Shown: positions 16,418 to 26,045, counted from the stretch's first letter. The stretch: DNA of 64,000 nt from Coxiellaceae bacterium (GCA_035290065.1 DATDVD010000032.1:8737-72736); one strand, 5' to 3'. Numbers and translations are program-made. Notes: generated by a model not told the origin, from the sequence alone.

Positions 16418-18251
16418 CAAAACTTGCCAGCGTTTCATGCAATTGTTTTAACGTCACCGGTTTGCTTAAAAAGCCATCCATTCCAGCTTCAAAACAACGG
16501 GCTTTTTCTTTATCGGTAACATGAGCCGTTAACGCAATAATCGGGGTATCTTTATTAGGGCCGCCACTTTCTCGAATGGCTTCAGCAACGGCCAAACCAT
16601 CCACATCCGGCAATCCAATATCCATTAAAATTAAATGATACCGTCGGGAAGCAGCACGAATCGCAGCTCTTCCCCCGGAATCTACGGTATCAATTTCGCA
16701 TCCTAATTTTTCCAAAAACATTTGAGCCACCCGTTGACCCATCGCATCATCTTCAACGAGTAAGATGCGGCATTTATCGCGGGGCAATTCCAACACCTGA
16801 AATCGAGTGGGTTCTTCTTCCCGCAAAGACTGATTTCTGGGTAAACGCACTTCGACCGGCAATCGACAGGTAAAGACGCTGCCCTGCCCTTTTTGGCTTT
16901 GAACACTCACCGTTCCACCTAATGCTTCTACCAACTGGCGCACAATGTTAAGCCCTAACCCAATGCCACTATGGCGACCCTTGTAAGAAGGATCAATACG
17001 GGTAAAACGCTCGAAAATAGTGTCTAAATATTCAGGATCAATACCAATGCCTGTATCACTGACCACGAATTCTAGATTGGTTTTTCCATATTTATCGCGC
17101 ATTAAATCTATGATCACTCGAATCTCACCGGTTTCGGTAAATTTTAATGAATTAGTCACAAGGTTAATCAGAATACGCTTTAATACGTCCGGATCGGTTT
17201 GAATGCCTAAGGGATGAGTGCGGAATTCAATCTGAAAACTTAATCCTTTGTCTTCTCCTTGGCGCTTAAGTTGTTTTAATGTTTCGTTTACAAGCTCTCC
17301 AATATTCACTTCGGTAAAATGCAGCGGATAATTGTCTGCTTCCAATTGAGAAATATTCAGAACATCATCTACTAATCGCAATAATACTTGACCCGAAGTT
17401 CGAATATCTTCTAGAAAAGGACGAATTTTAATATTTTGTTCTTCCAATAATAAAGCTTCTGATAATCCTAAAATAGCATTCAACGGCGTTCGAAAATCGT
17501 GGCTCATATTCGCAATAAAATCAGATTTAGCACGATTGGCAATTTCGGCTTTTTCTTTGGCCTTCATTAATTCCTGCTCAATACGTTTTTGCTCAGTAAT
17601 ATCCGCTGAAACCGCTAAAATACCAATGATTCGATTGGAGGGGTCATAGATAGGCACTTTGTTAATTAGCACCGAAATTTTTTTACCGCCTGCTACTGAC
17701 AGTATTTGCTCTACGTCCACAAGGGGCTGGCCCCTTAATACGGCTTTATCTCGTGAGACAAATGTTTCAGCCGTATCGCCCTCCTGAGACCAGGGAAGAT
17801 CGTAATCCGTTTTGCCAACAATCTCTTTAGGGGAATGTAATCCCACTAAACGCGCATAATTTTCATTACAGCCTAAATAAATCGAATGGTTGTCTTTCCA
17901 AAAAATATATTGGGGTAGGTGTTTAACAATCGTATCGAGAAAAATTTGACTATACCCACCGCCGGAGGAATTGTTCTGTGGAATACCTACTAAAAAATAG
18001 CCGTTTTCTATGGGTTGCAAATGCCAAAGATAATCAGAGGTGGTTTCGCCAAACAAGGCATTGTATTGTTTTTCATTTAATAAAGTGACTAACGGTTGAT
18101 CAAACGCTTCCGCTTCCGTACATTCCAACCAATGTTGCGCGGCCGTATTTAAAGCAAGCACATGGAATTGTGGTGTTAATTCAATAACTAGATGATGCCC
18201 TTTGGAAAAATAGTGCACTAACTGGTTTGTATTAAGTGATTTTCTAAGCAT
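16398..18251 (-). CDS. hybrid sensor histidine kinase (PAS - HisKA - HATPase_c - receiver)
   Basis: H-box MSHDFRTPLNAILG, N/G boxes (LINLVTNSLKFT, DTGIGI, GIGLGLNIV) and a C-terminal receiver (ILLVEDD...MDIGLPDVDG...LSKP). No cognate response regulator or Hpt is adjacent. Confidence 0.87.
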   Translation of the reverse strand: MLRKSLNTNQLVHYFSKGHHLVIELTPQFHVLALNTAAQHWLECTEAEAFDQPLVTLLNEKQYNALFGETTSDYLWHLQPIENGYFLVGIPQNNSSGGGYSQIFLDTIVKHLPQYIFWKDNHSIYLGCNENYARLVGLHSPKEIVGKTDYDLPWSQEGDTAETFVSRDKAVLRGQPLVDVEQILSVAGGKKISVLINKVPIYDPSNRIIGILAVSADITEQKRIEQELMKAKEKAEIANRAKSDFIANMSHDFRTPLNAILGLSEALLLEEQNIKIRPFLEDIRTSGQVLLRLVDDVLNISQLEADNYPLHFTEVNIGELVNETLKQLKRQGEDKGLSFQIEFRTHPLGIQTDPDVLKRILINLVTNSLKFTETGEIRVIIDLMRDKYGKTNLEFVVSDTGIGIDPEYLDTIFERFTRIDPSYKGRHSGIGLGLNIVRQLVEALGGTVSVQSQKGQGSVFTCRLPVEVRLPRNQSLREEEPTRFQVLELPRDKCRILLVEDDAMGQRVAQMFLEKLGCEIDTVDSGGRAAIRAASRRYHLILMDIGLPDVDGLAVAEAIRESGGPNKDTPIIALTAHVTDKEKARCFEAGMDGFLSKPVTLKQLHETLASFVASKEN

Positions 18252-18288
18252 GAGAAATGCCGATCCATTAGGGTCTATGGGAGGCTCT

Positions 18289-18317
18289 ATTGTAAAGAAA
18301 ACCCCTCGCTATAGCAA
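18289..18317 (-). promoter_or_regulatory. candidate sigma70 promoter (TTGCTA-17 nt-TACAAT) for the hybrid kinase gene
   Basis: On the minus strand the -35 is at 18317-18312 and the -10 at 18294-18289. It lies about 38 nt upstream of the ATG at 18251. Confidence 0.45.
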
Positions 18318-18367
18318 TTCTCTGGGTCACATTAAGCAAAAGATAACTATATAGAATCCCTAAAATA

Positions 18368-19561
18368 TCAGGGGATTATTGGCTTCTTTTTGACCAGTTT
18401 CCATCGAAGCACACTGGTGAATACGGAAGCCACCACCATCATGATCACCAGCAACCGGAAGGGATGGTGATAAAATAACGAAATGAGCACACTGGCAAAC
18501 ACGGCAGTCCAACTCACTCCCATTGAAAACACAGACATTTTTGCACCGGCAGGCTCTTGACTGGCTTCCATCGCAAACCGTTGGAAGGAAGAAAAAGAAA
18601 GACCAGCGCCCGCTGCAAAGCACATATAACCTGCGACAAGCCAGGAAAGGCTTCCGCCCCATCCGAGCATACCGATTATCGCTATGACGTTGCCGATACC
18701 AATCCATACCAAAGCCACTATCAACAAAATAGTAATAGAATAATGTTCTATAAGCTTTTTTACGCTATGCGTGCCAATCATAAAGGCACCGAAAATAAGC
18801 GCCTGAAAAATGCCAAACATAAAGGGCGTGTAATGAAAGGTTTCAACAATTAGAAAAGGGCCGGCTGTTAACCACGCGATAAGCACCATAAATAATAGGC
18901 AAAAACACGTAAGGTTTGTCATAAATTGTTTATTCGCCAGTACTCGACCAAAACGACGCGTAATATCACGAATATCTAACGAATGTCGATTATCCGACTG
19001 AATGGGTTCAGGCATCACACGATATAAGACACTCAGCGCTACCGCCGCCCACACGGCGAGTAGGATAAAAATCGATTGCCAATTAAAGTAATGAATAATC
19101 ACAGCTCCTACTAAAGGGCCAATGGTCGGTGCTAAAATCGTAATACTGCCCATTAACGCGACGATGCGAATAGCTTCTTCTTTTTGTAACACTTCATGAA
19201 TACAAGCATATCCTGCAACAATCATAGTCGCCACGGAGACACCTTGAATATAGCGTGCGATAAGAATAATGCTGATATCGGGAATCAGTGCACACATGGC
19301 ATTGGCAACGACATACAATAAACCCCCTGCCAACAAAACAGGCCTGCGCCCAAATCGATCCGAAATAGGGCCAATAAAACATTGCAATGTCGCTGTACCT
19401 AAAAACCATAGCGTGATGGTTAACTGGGCTGTATGAGGCGTGATATTGAATTCACGCATAAAGGTAGGCAAAGCCGGTAAATACATATCATTCGACAAAT
19501 AACAGGCGATCTCATAAGCCACGAGCGCAAAAGGAAAGAGCAATAGAAACGATTTCTTCAT
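18368..19561 (-). CDS. MFS transporter, Bcr/CflA-type drug efflux family
   Basis: 12-TM profile and the MFS motif GPISDRFGRRPVLL. I moved the start to the ATG at 19561 (MKKSFLLLFPF...) because the listed 19678 start would overlap the carboxypeptidase gene by 59 nt. Confidence 0.8.
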   Translation of the reverse strand: MKKSFLLLFPFALVAYEIACYLSNDMYLPALPTFMREFNITPHTAQLTITLWFLGTATLQCFIGPISDRFGRRPVLLAGGLLYVVANAMCALIPDISIILIARYIQGVSVATMIVAGYACIHEVLQKEEAIRIVALMGSITILAPTIGPLVGAVIIHYFNWQSIFILLAVWAAVALSVLYRVMPEPIQSDNRHSLDIRDITRRFGRVLANKQFMTNLTCFCLLFMVLIAWLTAGPFLIVETFHYTPFMFGIFQALIFGAFMIGTHSVKKLIEHYSITILLIVALVWIGIGNVIAIIGMLGWGGSLSWLVAGYMCFAAGAGLSFSSFQRFAMEASQEPAGAKMSVFSMGVSWTAVFASVLISLFYHHPFRLLVIMMVVASVFTSVLRWKLVKKKPIIP

Positions 19562-19619
19562 GATAGCGTTAATTATACGTAATGTTGAGGAGTTTTTCCG
19601 AAATCTCTTGTTAGAGAAA

Positions 19620-21107
19620 TTAGGCCTTATACCGCTGATGAATATGCTCAATAAAAAAACGGGGCGAAAGGGTTTCACCCGTGGCTTGGATCAGTAGTTC
19701 ATCCATGGATAATAAAGAACCTTTGGAATGCACATGCTCCTGCAACCAGGCCAGTAAGGCCGTAAAATCACCTTTCTCAATGTGCTGCAATACGTGAGGC
19801 TCTGCTTTTTGGAGAGAAGAAAATAATTGCGCGGCTATTAAACGGCCTACGGTATACGCGGGAAAATAACCAAAAATGCCTGCAGGCCAATGGACATCTT
19901 GCATCACGCCGTTTTTATTGTCGTCCTGCGTTCGAATACCTAATAACGTATGCATATGATGATCCCATGCCTCAGGCAATTCTTTTACCCGTAATCGGCC
20001 AGAGACTAATTGTTGTTCCAATTCATACCGTAAAATAACGTGAAGGGGATAGGTTACTTCATCCGCTTCTACCCGGATAAGGCTCGGTCGAACACGCGTG
20101 CAAAAATAAAAAAGATTATGCGGCTCAAAGGCAGATTGAGGACCAAACGAGTGGTTTAATTTGGGTGATAAAAACCGCAGGAATTCCAAGCTTCTGCACA
20201 CATCCATTTCCATCAACAAGGATTGGCTTTCGTGAACTGCCATGCCGAGTGAGTGCCCAACCGGTTGATTTAACCAATTTGCCGGTAATTGTTGTTCATA
20301 GAGGGCATGCCCTGTTTCATGACACGTACCCATCAAGGCAGACAGTAAAAGATCCGTGGAATAACGCGTGGTTAATCGCACATCCTGCGGAACACCGCCG
20401 CAAAATGGATGATGACTGACATCCAATCGTCCATGGTTAAAATCAAATCCCATCGTTTTCATTAATTCCAAACTGATTTCGCGTTGCGCCTCGATCGGAA
20501 AAGGGCCTTTAGGTTCAACGATAACCTGTTTGGATTGATGAGTGACGATGGTTTGAATGAAGGAAGGCAATGTTTTTTTTAATTCGGCAAACAAAGGGTT
20601 TAAGAAGGCTTGATTAACGCCTGGCAAATAACTGTCCAGCATCACATCATAAGGAGACAATTTAAATAATTCGGCGCGAATCTCGGCAATTTCAATTTGA
20701 TACTGAAGACTGGTTTGCAATAAGGGATAAAACTCTTGCCAATTATTTTCAGCTCGCATCACGCGCCAGGCTTGTTCGCAGCGAATCGAGGCTTGTTTCG
20801 CTTTTTCAATTAAGCTATCGGGCACCCCACAGGCCATCCAATAACTTTTTTCCATCCACTTTAGATTGGCGCGATCCCATTCCGACGATAAGGATTCTTC
20901 GTTAGCTTGATGTAATAAATCTTCCCATTTTTTTTGGGCCATCCTCTCGTGTTTAAGGCGCTCTAAAGTCGCTAATGCCGCTCCCCGAGCCTCGCCTCCG
21001 CCGGCCGGCATCATCACCGCCTCATCCCAGCTGGCCATGGCCGATAAATGTTCCAAATGTGCGATTTGCAGAAAAAACGTTTTCAAGGTTTGGTAGGCTG
21101 AAACCAT
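19620..21107 (-). CDS. M32 family metallocarboxypeptidase (Taq-type)
   Basis: HEXXH site CHETGHALYE, followed by the HESQS and IRVEADEVTYPLH blocks typical of peptidase family M32. Confidence 0.87.
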   Translation of the reverse strand: MVSAYQTLKTFFLQIAHLEHLSAMASWDEAVMMPAGGGEARGAALATLERLKHERMAQKKWEDLLHQANEESLSSEWDRANLKWMEKSYWMACGVPDSLIEKAKQASIRCEQAWRVMRAENNWQEFYPLLQTSLQYQIEIAEIRAELFKLSPYDVMLDSYLPGVNQAFLNPLFAELKKTLPSFIQTIVTHQSKQVIVEPKGPFPIEAQREISLELMKTMGFDFNHGRLDVSHHPFCGGVPQDVRLTTRYSTDLLLSALMGTCHETGHALYEQQLPANWLNQPVGHSLGMAVHESQSLLMEMDVCRSLEFLRFLSPKLNHSFGPQSAFEPHNLFYFCTRVRPSLIRVEADEVTYPLHVILRYELEQQLVSGRLRVKELPEAWDHHMHTLLGIRTQDDNKNGVMQDVHWPAGIFGYFPAYTVGRLIAAQLFSSLQKAEPHVLQHIEKGDFTALLAWLQEHVHSKGSLLSMDELLIQATGETLSPRFFIEHIHQRYKA

Positions 21108-21247
21108 TTATTTATCCTTAAGGCTATTCTATAGCTTAATTCTAACATAAAAACTTGAGCGTAAGGGTCTCTCTAAGGCCTGCAGCCAGGATTGAGTACC
21201 GTAAACATCCAAGCTACGAAAATAATGTTTGAATTTCTCGAGGTGTC

Positions 21248-21280
21248 CTTAAGAAATTCTTAATCTTTCTTCCTTATACT
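21248..21280 (+). promoter_or_regulatory. PmrA-box-like tandem repeat (CTTAAGAAA-TT-CTTAATCTT) followed by a TATACT -10 element
   Basis: TTAA-N7-TTAA (21249-21252 and 21260-21263) with half-sites resembling cTTAATatT separated by 2 nt. The -10 TATACT is at 21275-21280, 9 nt before the ATG at 21290. Confidence 0.4.
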
Positions 21281-21289
21281 GGCTATCCT

Positions 21290-22792
21290 ATGAAAATCTC
21301 CGCGGATGAACGTCGCACAGCCTATGAATTTTTCGCTACGGTGGGCCTTGAGCTTGATCTGTCCAAACCCCACGATCGCGCTCTTGTTCATCATTTATTA
21401 CAGGGCTACCATCAATCGGCTGCGCCTCAACCTCATATCGAACAAGCGTTAGCCTCTTCATTGAAGCTTCAAGAGTATGTTCGTGTCACGCGCCATTTTC
21501 GTGAGAGGGGAATAACAAAACAGCAATGGTCTAATCTCCGATGGTTATTGCTCCGCATACTGTGGGACATACTGGCAGACCATCAAAGTATTACTGACGA
21601 TAGAATAAGCCGCAATCCTTTATTAGCCGCGGCCCTAGGCGAATTGAGCCCGGTTATTAGAAGAATCCACGAGCATCAATTTGAAACACAATGGATAAGA
21701 AACCCTCTGGTCACCGATGCATCCGCTGAAGAACGTTTATTTACTCGAGCTTCCCTCCTGATGGGAATGATCACGATGCTAGGGGCGGCTAAGGTATATC
21801 ATTCTCTTGATCCTCGCCTCTTAGTACTCCGAGAAGAACATTTACCTCCTGGTATGGTATCGCATCCCACCTTTTTTCAGCCCCCCTTTCTCCTCAATAG
21901 TATGAACAAAAATGGCTCTCTTGTCGTACTGGATCGACATGGGCGGCTAGTGACCGCTGTTATTGCCCGGGAGAAAAAAGCGGAAATAGAGGAGTGGGAA
22001 GAAAGCATTAGAATCGTTTCATTTCAGCACGCATATTATGCTCCCGCCGTTACTACCCCAGATGAAGAGAAAGAAGCGTGCATTTTTGCTCATCATTGGG
22101 CGAACTCTTATGAAGATAAAGGCCTGTTCCCTGCTCGAAGTGTTTATGATCCCTTTAAAAAAACCATTGAGTTATCGTCTGTTTGTTTTTTGGAAAAATG
22201 TCCTGAACGTCCTCTCGAATTTCCTCCCTGTGTTACCAGCCTTGGAGCAACGCGTTATGCACTGGTAGCGTCGTCACATACGGCTACTTTATTTACCTCT
22301 CAATTGGCAGAAATAAGCGTCTATTCAGCCGCGGCCTCTGTCCTGGCCCTTCTCATGGTGACTCAATATGCTTGGTGTTCTCAACGTCCGGAATTTTTAA
22401 GAAATCAATCCTATTCTTCTGGGGTACTCTCAATATTTGCTTCGATCATGTTCATTGCGTACCTTCTAGAAACCACCTATGAAAATAAAACCTTTGTGCC
22501 TGTTTTTAGCGAACGAACTCCTTTTCGATATCTCAGTATTTTTTTATATTCTTGGCCTCTTTTTATAGCGATGTGTATGTGGCTCTATAGCCTGAAAAAA
22601 ACAAAAAACTTAGTTTCCCCTCTGGTTTCCCGATGCCTTTTCCGCCCCCCCAATCCACAGGAATTGAAGCCATTACAAGAAGCGTATGATAGGGCACAAC
22701 GTCAGATGGAGGAGGCGCTTCGCTTCGATGTTCCCCAAACGGCAGCTTCTACGGCCTTGATTCCTTCTTCTCCCGAACTTCGTCGTCGGTAG
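21290..22792 (+). CDS. hypothetical protein with C-terminal membrane helices (candidate secreted effector)
   Basis: 500-aa ORF with visibly higher GC than its neighbours and no family I recognise. Several hydrophobic helices lie between about residues 330 and 440. The tail reads ...QMEEALRFDVPQTAASTALIPSSPELRRR. Confidence 0.6.
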   Translation: MKISADERRTAYEFFATVGLELDLSKPHDRALVHHLLQGYHQSAAPQPHIEQALASSLKLQEYVRVTRHFRERGITKQQWSNLRWLLLRILWDILADHQSITDDRISRNPLLAAALGELSPVIRRIHEHQFETQWIRNPLVTDASAEERLFTRASLLMGMITMLGAAKVYHSLDPRLLVLREEHLPPGMVSHPTFFQPPFLLNSMNKNGSLVVLDRHGRLVTAVIAREKKAEIEEWEESIRIVSFQHAYYAPAVTTPDEEKEACIFAHHWANSYEDKGLFPARSVYDPFKKTIELSSVCFLEKCPERPLEFPPCVTSLGATRYALVASSHTATLFTSQLAEISVYSAAASVLALLMVTQYAWCSQRPEFLRNQSYSSGVLSIFASIMFIAYLLETTYENKTFVPVFSERTPFRYLSIFLYSWPLFIAMCMWLYSLKKTKNLVSPLVSRCLFRPPNPQELKPLQEAYDRAQRQMEEALRFDVPQTAASTALIPSSPELRRR

Positions 22793-22797
22793 ACTTT

Positions 22798-22970
22798 TTA
22801 TTCCGGCAAAAATCCATCCGCTTGCATAGTCCACAGTTTGGCAAAATGGCCTTGTGTTTGAAGAAGGGCTGATGACTTGCTTTCTTCAACAATGCGTCCT
22901 TGGTGAAACACTAAAATTCTATCCATATCCGATAACGTGGATGAGCGATGGGCAATAACGAGCAGCGAAT
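22798..22970 (-). pseudogene. remnant of an ABC exporter gene (only the last ~56 codons, H-loop to C-terminus)
   Basis: The minus-strand translation reads KYSLLVIAHRSSTLSDMDRILVFHQGRIVEESKSSALLQTQGHFAKLWTMQADGFLPE*. It is preceded by an in-frame TGA, and no Walker or TMD sequence lies upstream. Confidence 0.6.
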
Positions 22971-23316
22971 ATTTTCAATTAAGCTGTGATGAAACAATAT
23001 AGGGGGAAAGCGTGTCATTGAGGACCCAAGTCAATGAAGCCACCAGAAAAATAACAAATTTAGCCTACTGCTTTCGTACGAAATGAAAAATAAACGGAAA
23101 CGGACTGACTGGTAAATTCATAAAAACCTCAGGTATCAAAAATCGTTAAAAAAGGCTTGCTTTTTAAGCAGGCGCCGATTTTTTAGCCTAGAAGATTTAC
23201 AGATTTACCTTAAAAATTTTAAATTACTCGTATTAATCATATTACTGTTTATTAAACAAATCAATTATTATAGAATCCTCCTTAATGAAGCGCCCTACCG
23301 AAAAACAGGAGATAAA

Positions 23317-23826
23317 ATGAAAACATTTACTTTATTTACGCTGACACTTAGCATAGCATACACGCCTATCTACGCAGGTAATGCGTTAAACCCATCATCT
23401 ACCCAAGAGGCTACACGGATGCAATCTATTGCTATAACCAACAAAAACGAAGGCGAAGCATTTTTAAACCAGAATAAAACCAAACCCGGCGTGGTTACTT
23501 TACCGGATGGTTTACAATATAAAATCATTCATGAGGGTAACGGAGAAAGCCCTACCAAAAATGATAGTGTCACGGTGGATTATGCCGGTACGTTAATTGA
23601 TGGAACCGAATTTGATAGTTCTTACAAACGGGGTGAACCCATCTCTTTCCCGGTATCAGGCGTTATTCCAGGATGGACAGAAGCCCTTCAATTGATGAAA
23701 AAAGGCGCTACGTGGGAACTCTATATTCCATCGGCTTTAGCCTATGGTCAGCGCGGTGCCCCTCCGGCAATTGGCCCTAATGAAACATTAATTTTTACCG
23801 TGCATTTGATTGATATTGAAAAATGA
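23317..23826 (+). CDS. FKBP-type peptidyl-prolyl cis-trans isomerase, short Mip/FkpA-like, secreted
   Basis: AGGAG SD and a signal peptide ([20 protein letters not shown]). The FKBP domain reads [15 protein letters not shown]...[19 protein letters not shown]...[13 protein letters not shown]...[10 protein letters not shown]. Confidence 0.9.
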   Translation: MKTFTLFTLTLSIAYTPIYAGNALNPSSTQEATRMQSIAITNKNEGEAFLNQNKTKPGVVTLPDGLQYKIIHEGNGESPTKNDSVTVDYAGTLIDGTEFDSSYKRGEPISFPVSGVIPGWTEALQLMKKGATWELYIPSALAYGQRGAPPAIGPNETLIFTVHLIDIEK

Positions 23827-24413
23827 ATCCTTTTCAAACGCTTTCGGCAGAACTAGACCAACTCACCGATGCGAGTAAAGCTTATTTTCCGCTTGTGTTA
23901 AAAATAGTTGCTGTAGTGTGGGCTATTCAAATTCTGAATGCGTTTCTTGGCTATCGGCTGAACGTATTGGGTATTTATCCTCGTCACTTTTTTGGATTAC
24001 CCGGCATTGTGTTTTCTCCTTTTTTACACGGCAATTTTAGCCATCTTTTTATGAACACCCCTCCTTTGATAATTTTAATGATGCTGGTATTAGTGGAGGG
24101 GAATGTTCAATTCTATTCCGTCACGGCCTATATTATTTTAGTCACCGGTGGATTACTGTGGTTATTCGGGCGTCAAGCTATTCATATTGGCGCGAGTGGC
24201 GTTGTGATGGGCTATTGGGGATATATTCTGATGAATGCCTATAATCATTGGAGTTTAACCACACTTATTTTAGCCGGGGTTTGTTTATATTATTTTGGCA
24301 GCCTTTATATGAATATCTTTCCCATTGAAAAACAAGCATCGTGGGAAGCGCATTTATTTGGTTTAATCACAGGAATTAGTGCAAGTATTGTGTTTCCCCT
24401 TCCTTCTTCATGA
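23823..24413 (+). CDS. rhomboid-family intramembrane serine protease
   Basis: Six hydrophobic helices, a GASGVVMGY (GxSG) catalytic block and a downstream AHLFGLITG His. ATGA overlap with the FKBP gene. Confidence 0.72.
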   Translation: MNPFQTLSAELDQLTDASKAYFPLVLKIVAVVWAIQILNAFLGYRLNVLGIYPRHFFGLPGIVFSPFLHGNFSHLFMNTPPLIILMMLVLVEGNVQFYSVTAYIILVTGGLLWLFGRQAIHIGASGVVMGYWGYILMNAYNHWSLTTLILAGVCLYYFGSLYMNIFPIEKQASWEAHLFGLITGISASIVFPLPSS

Positions 24414-24487
24414 GAATAGTGCCTACCGGAAGAGGCGAACCTAGGCCCGCGAAAAAGAAACGAAAAGGCTAGTGCAGAAATAAATAT

Positions 24488-24868
24488 CTACGCTTTTTTA
24501 ACCATCCAATAATCCAGTAACCAATACAATAATCCGATGGGAATCAGCAGCACAAACCCTGCTGTTCCCCATCCAAAAAATAATTTCAATTGATAAAAAC
24601 TTTGTGAAAGTGAAAAAGAATGCCGCGAAGTGAAAGAAAAAAATAGGCTATAAAAAGCTAATAAATAATTAACTATAAACAAAATGCCAAACGCATAAAG
24701 GCTCGAGACACGTACTTTTAGAACAGCTTTTAAAAATAACGCTACCCCAACCGCCAATATTCCAGCTCCTATATAATTCCATATACCCTGTAACCACACT
24801 CTTCCCACTATTAATCCTAGAAAAAAAGCTGGCAATGCGCGAAAAAATAAAGACTGTATTTTATTCAC
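24488..24868 (-). CDS. small hypothetical integral membrane protein (about 4 TM)
   Basis: 126-aa ORF with a GTG start. It is very hydrophobic and I recognise no family. Confidence 0.4.
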   Translation of the reverse strand: MNKIQSLFFRALPAFFLGLIVGRVWLQGIWNYIGAGILAVGVALFLKAVLKVRVSSLYAFGILFIVNYLLAFYSLFFSFTSRHSFSLSQSFYQLKLFFGWGTAGFVLLIPIGLLYWLLDYWMVKKA

Positions 24869-24896
24869 AGCTGGAGTATCCTACATTCTCTCTCTA

Positions 24897-26003
24897 TCAA
24901 GGAATCCCTGCAAAGACCATTTCATCCGACAATCTAGCCAAATCCAATCTATTCTGCAATGAGGGTATATATTCTCCCATCGATTGAATAATTTTATCCT
25001 CGTGGAGTTGGTAAGCGATTTGCGTGGCTAATTCATATGCATCCATTCCAAAATACCACGCCGCCACAATATCAATATTATTTTCTTTAAATGCAGTGGC
25101 CAATGAGGAATCGGTAAAGCAATTAATATGACCTAAAGGATCCAGATGCCTAACGATTGAATTCGAGAAAACGCTTTGAATGGTGGTACTCAAACAATTC
25201 CAGCGAGGAACTTCTGCAATAATTAATCCCTCCCGTCCTGATAAGGCCCGAGAAGCTGTCTGTAACATTCTCATAGGTTCAGGCACATGCTCTATAACGC
25301 CCCAAAATGTTATGATGTCGTAATCACAAAATTTTTCCCATTCTTTTAAAAAATTGTTATCCATTAAATCAAAACCAAATTGTTCTTTACAAAAATCCCT
25401 TCCCGATTCACTAATTTCTACTCCATCTGCCTTTATTCCCATTAGTTTGCAGGCTTGAACAAAATGGCCACTGCCTGCCCCTACGTCTAAAATCGAGTTA
25501 GGTTTTCTCTTATAAATTCTTTCAAATTGCTGAATTGCCCATTTTACTTTCGGGATCGCCACTTCCTGAACACGCTTTTCAGTTGTTTTTTTATCGGCAT
25601 AATTGCTTTGATAATGAATATCTCTCGAATAGAATTTATCCAGCGCCTCTTTGGTAGGCCTTGCCTTAACATAATAATGATGACAATCCTGGCAAGCAAC
25701 ATAGTGTGCACCGTAAACAGAAAATACCTCTGGCATAGTTTCTGTTTTAGCCTTACAAATGGGGCACACATCAACATGCTGTAATGCAGAATTTTGATAC
25801 AAAAAGGTTCTTGAATCTTTGATATGAGCAACACTTTTATTAAAATCATTGATGATGCTGAGCTTAAGAGACAAAATATCAATAGGTTTTCCTAATGTAA
25901 CCTCAACCTCATAATTTTTTTGCTTTTCAGAATCCTTACACGTCCAAATTTCTTTCTGATTATTCTGAGACTCGAAAGGAATTGTCATGGTCCATTTATT
26001 CAT
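24897..26003 (-). CDS. class I SAM-dependent methyltransferase with an N-terminal Cys-rich (zinc-ribbon-like) segment
   Basis: SAM motif I ILDVGAGSGHF. An upstream CPICK...CQDCHH pattern is present. Confidence 0.7.
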   Translation of the reverse strand: MNKWTMTIPFESQNNQKEIWTCKDSEKQKNYEVEVTLGKPIDILSLKLSIINDFNKSVAHIKDSRTFLYQNSALQHVDVCPICKAKTETMPEVFSVYGAHYVACQDCHHYYVKARPTKEALDKFYSRDIHYQSNYADKKTTEKRVQEVAIPKVKWAIQQFERIYKRKPNSILDVGAGSGHFVQACKLMGIKADGVEISESGRDFCKEQFGFDLMDNNFLKEWEKFCDYDIITFWGVIEHVPEPMRMLQTASRALSGREGLIIAEVPRWNCLSTTIQSVFSNSIVRHLDPLGHINCFTDSSLATAFKENNIDIVAAWYFGMDAYELATQIAYQLHEDKIIQSMGEYIPSLQNRLDLARLSDEMVFAGIP

Positions 26004-26045
26004 TATGAATCTAGCCTATTGTCTTTAATGGGATTATATCTTACC

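Noticed and set aside
18360-18853. Shadow ORFs on both strands within the MFS gene (18360-18707 -, 18557-18853 +). Similar 60-90-aa ORFs occur inside other genes (for example 2047-2280, 4791-5014, 6948-7199, 12101-12493, 31573-31944, 40939-41127, 49308-49672).
   Set aside because: All are embedded in longer ORFs with clear family motifs. None has a ribosome-binding site, and their compositions (Cys/Arg-rich or Lys/Phe-rich) are typical of out-of-frame translation.
19562-19678. An N-terminal 39-codon extension of the MFS transporter ORF (listed start 19678).
   Set aside because: The extension overlaps the 3' end of the carboxypeptidase gene and encodes a basic, non-MFS-like peptide. The internal ATG at 19561 gives a normal MFS N-terminus.
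23147-23190. A hairpin, GCTTGC-N7-GCAGGC, followed by a T-run, considered as a possible intrinsic terminator.
   Set aside because: The stem is only 6 bp and includes a G-U pair. The T-run on the plus strand is separated from the stem by 5 nt, and on the minus strand the stem has an A-C mismatch. The nearest upstream gene end is about 370 nt away.
24414-24896. I looked for island boundaries (direct repeats, tRNA, integrase, IS) at the left edge here and at the right edge (59767-59820).
   Set aside because: I could recognise no tRNA gene, integrase, transposase or flanking direct repeat by eye. The island is therefore called from gene content and composition only, not as a mobile element.
25920-26045. 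An upstream extension of the PIG-L deacetylase ORF that overlaps the divergent methyltransferase start.
   Set aside because: An 84-nt head-to-head coding overlap is unlikely. Conserved PIG-L sequence begins far downstream, and ATGs at 26028, 26046 and 26091 are available.
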